Shown: positions 63,861 through 64,000 of the stretch, piece by piece
How positions within the stretch are numbered: position 1 is the first letter of the stretch
Layout: the number at the start of each line of letters is the position of its first letter
Assembly (NCBI RefSeq): GCF_006345805.1
Contig: NC_042999.1
Location: forward strand, 5,456,001-5,520,000
Source: Octopus sinensis
Lineage: Eukaryota
DNA length: 64,000 nt
Direction of reading: 5' to 3'
Program-made: the position numbers and the translations under genes
Notes under the pieces: model-generated
What the model was told of the DNA's origin: nothing
Databases searched by the model: none
The model's input: the letters and a program-made list of their open reading frames with translations, nothing else

Positions 63861-63896
63861 CTTTTACGTTTCGAGCCTACGCTCTTCAACAGAAAG
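63861..63896 (-). ncRNA. Minimal hammerhead variant (CUGUUGA core), family C
   Basis: Identical to 40656-40691. Confidence 0.6.
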
Positions 63897-64000
63897 ATAC
63901 ACACACGACGGGCCTCTTTCAGTCTCCGTCTACCAAATCCAATCACGAGGCTATAGTAGAAGACACTTGCCTAAGGTGCCACGCAGTGGGACTGAACTCG

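Overview
AT-rich, repeat-saturated eukaryotic DNA with no prokaryotic operons, rRNA, intact tRNA or CRISPR. The SINE families and the very high (TA)n/(CA)n/(TACA)n/(AAT)n load look like a coleoid cephalopod (Octopus) genome; this is inferred from pattern recognition, not a database search. No intact host CDS can be supported. Most ORF-track entries are microsatellite or SINE artefacts, and the rest are decayed transposon proteins: Tc1/mariner, pogo/Tigger, hAT, L1/Tx1, RTE, CR1-group, R4/Dong-like and Penelope GIY-YIG. The window also has MITEs, Helitron ends, two solo-LTR candidates, a 70-bp GC-rich minisatellite and a 100-N gap. The strongest signal is a set of at least five unrelated short Penelope-like (PLE) end sequences carrying minimal type I hammerhead ribozyme folds with palindromic stem III. 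One has a fully canonical core. Two families carry fixed core variants: CUGUUGA, and the compensatory U3-A8 core UUGACAA. Most sit about 105 nt from a (TA)n tract and are repeatedly arranged as inverted pairs with 3' ends outward, or as a tandem pair. All ribozyme calls are by-eye folds and have not been tested.
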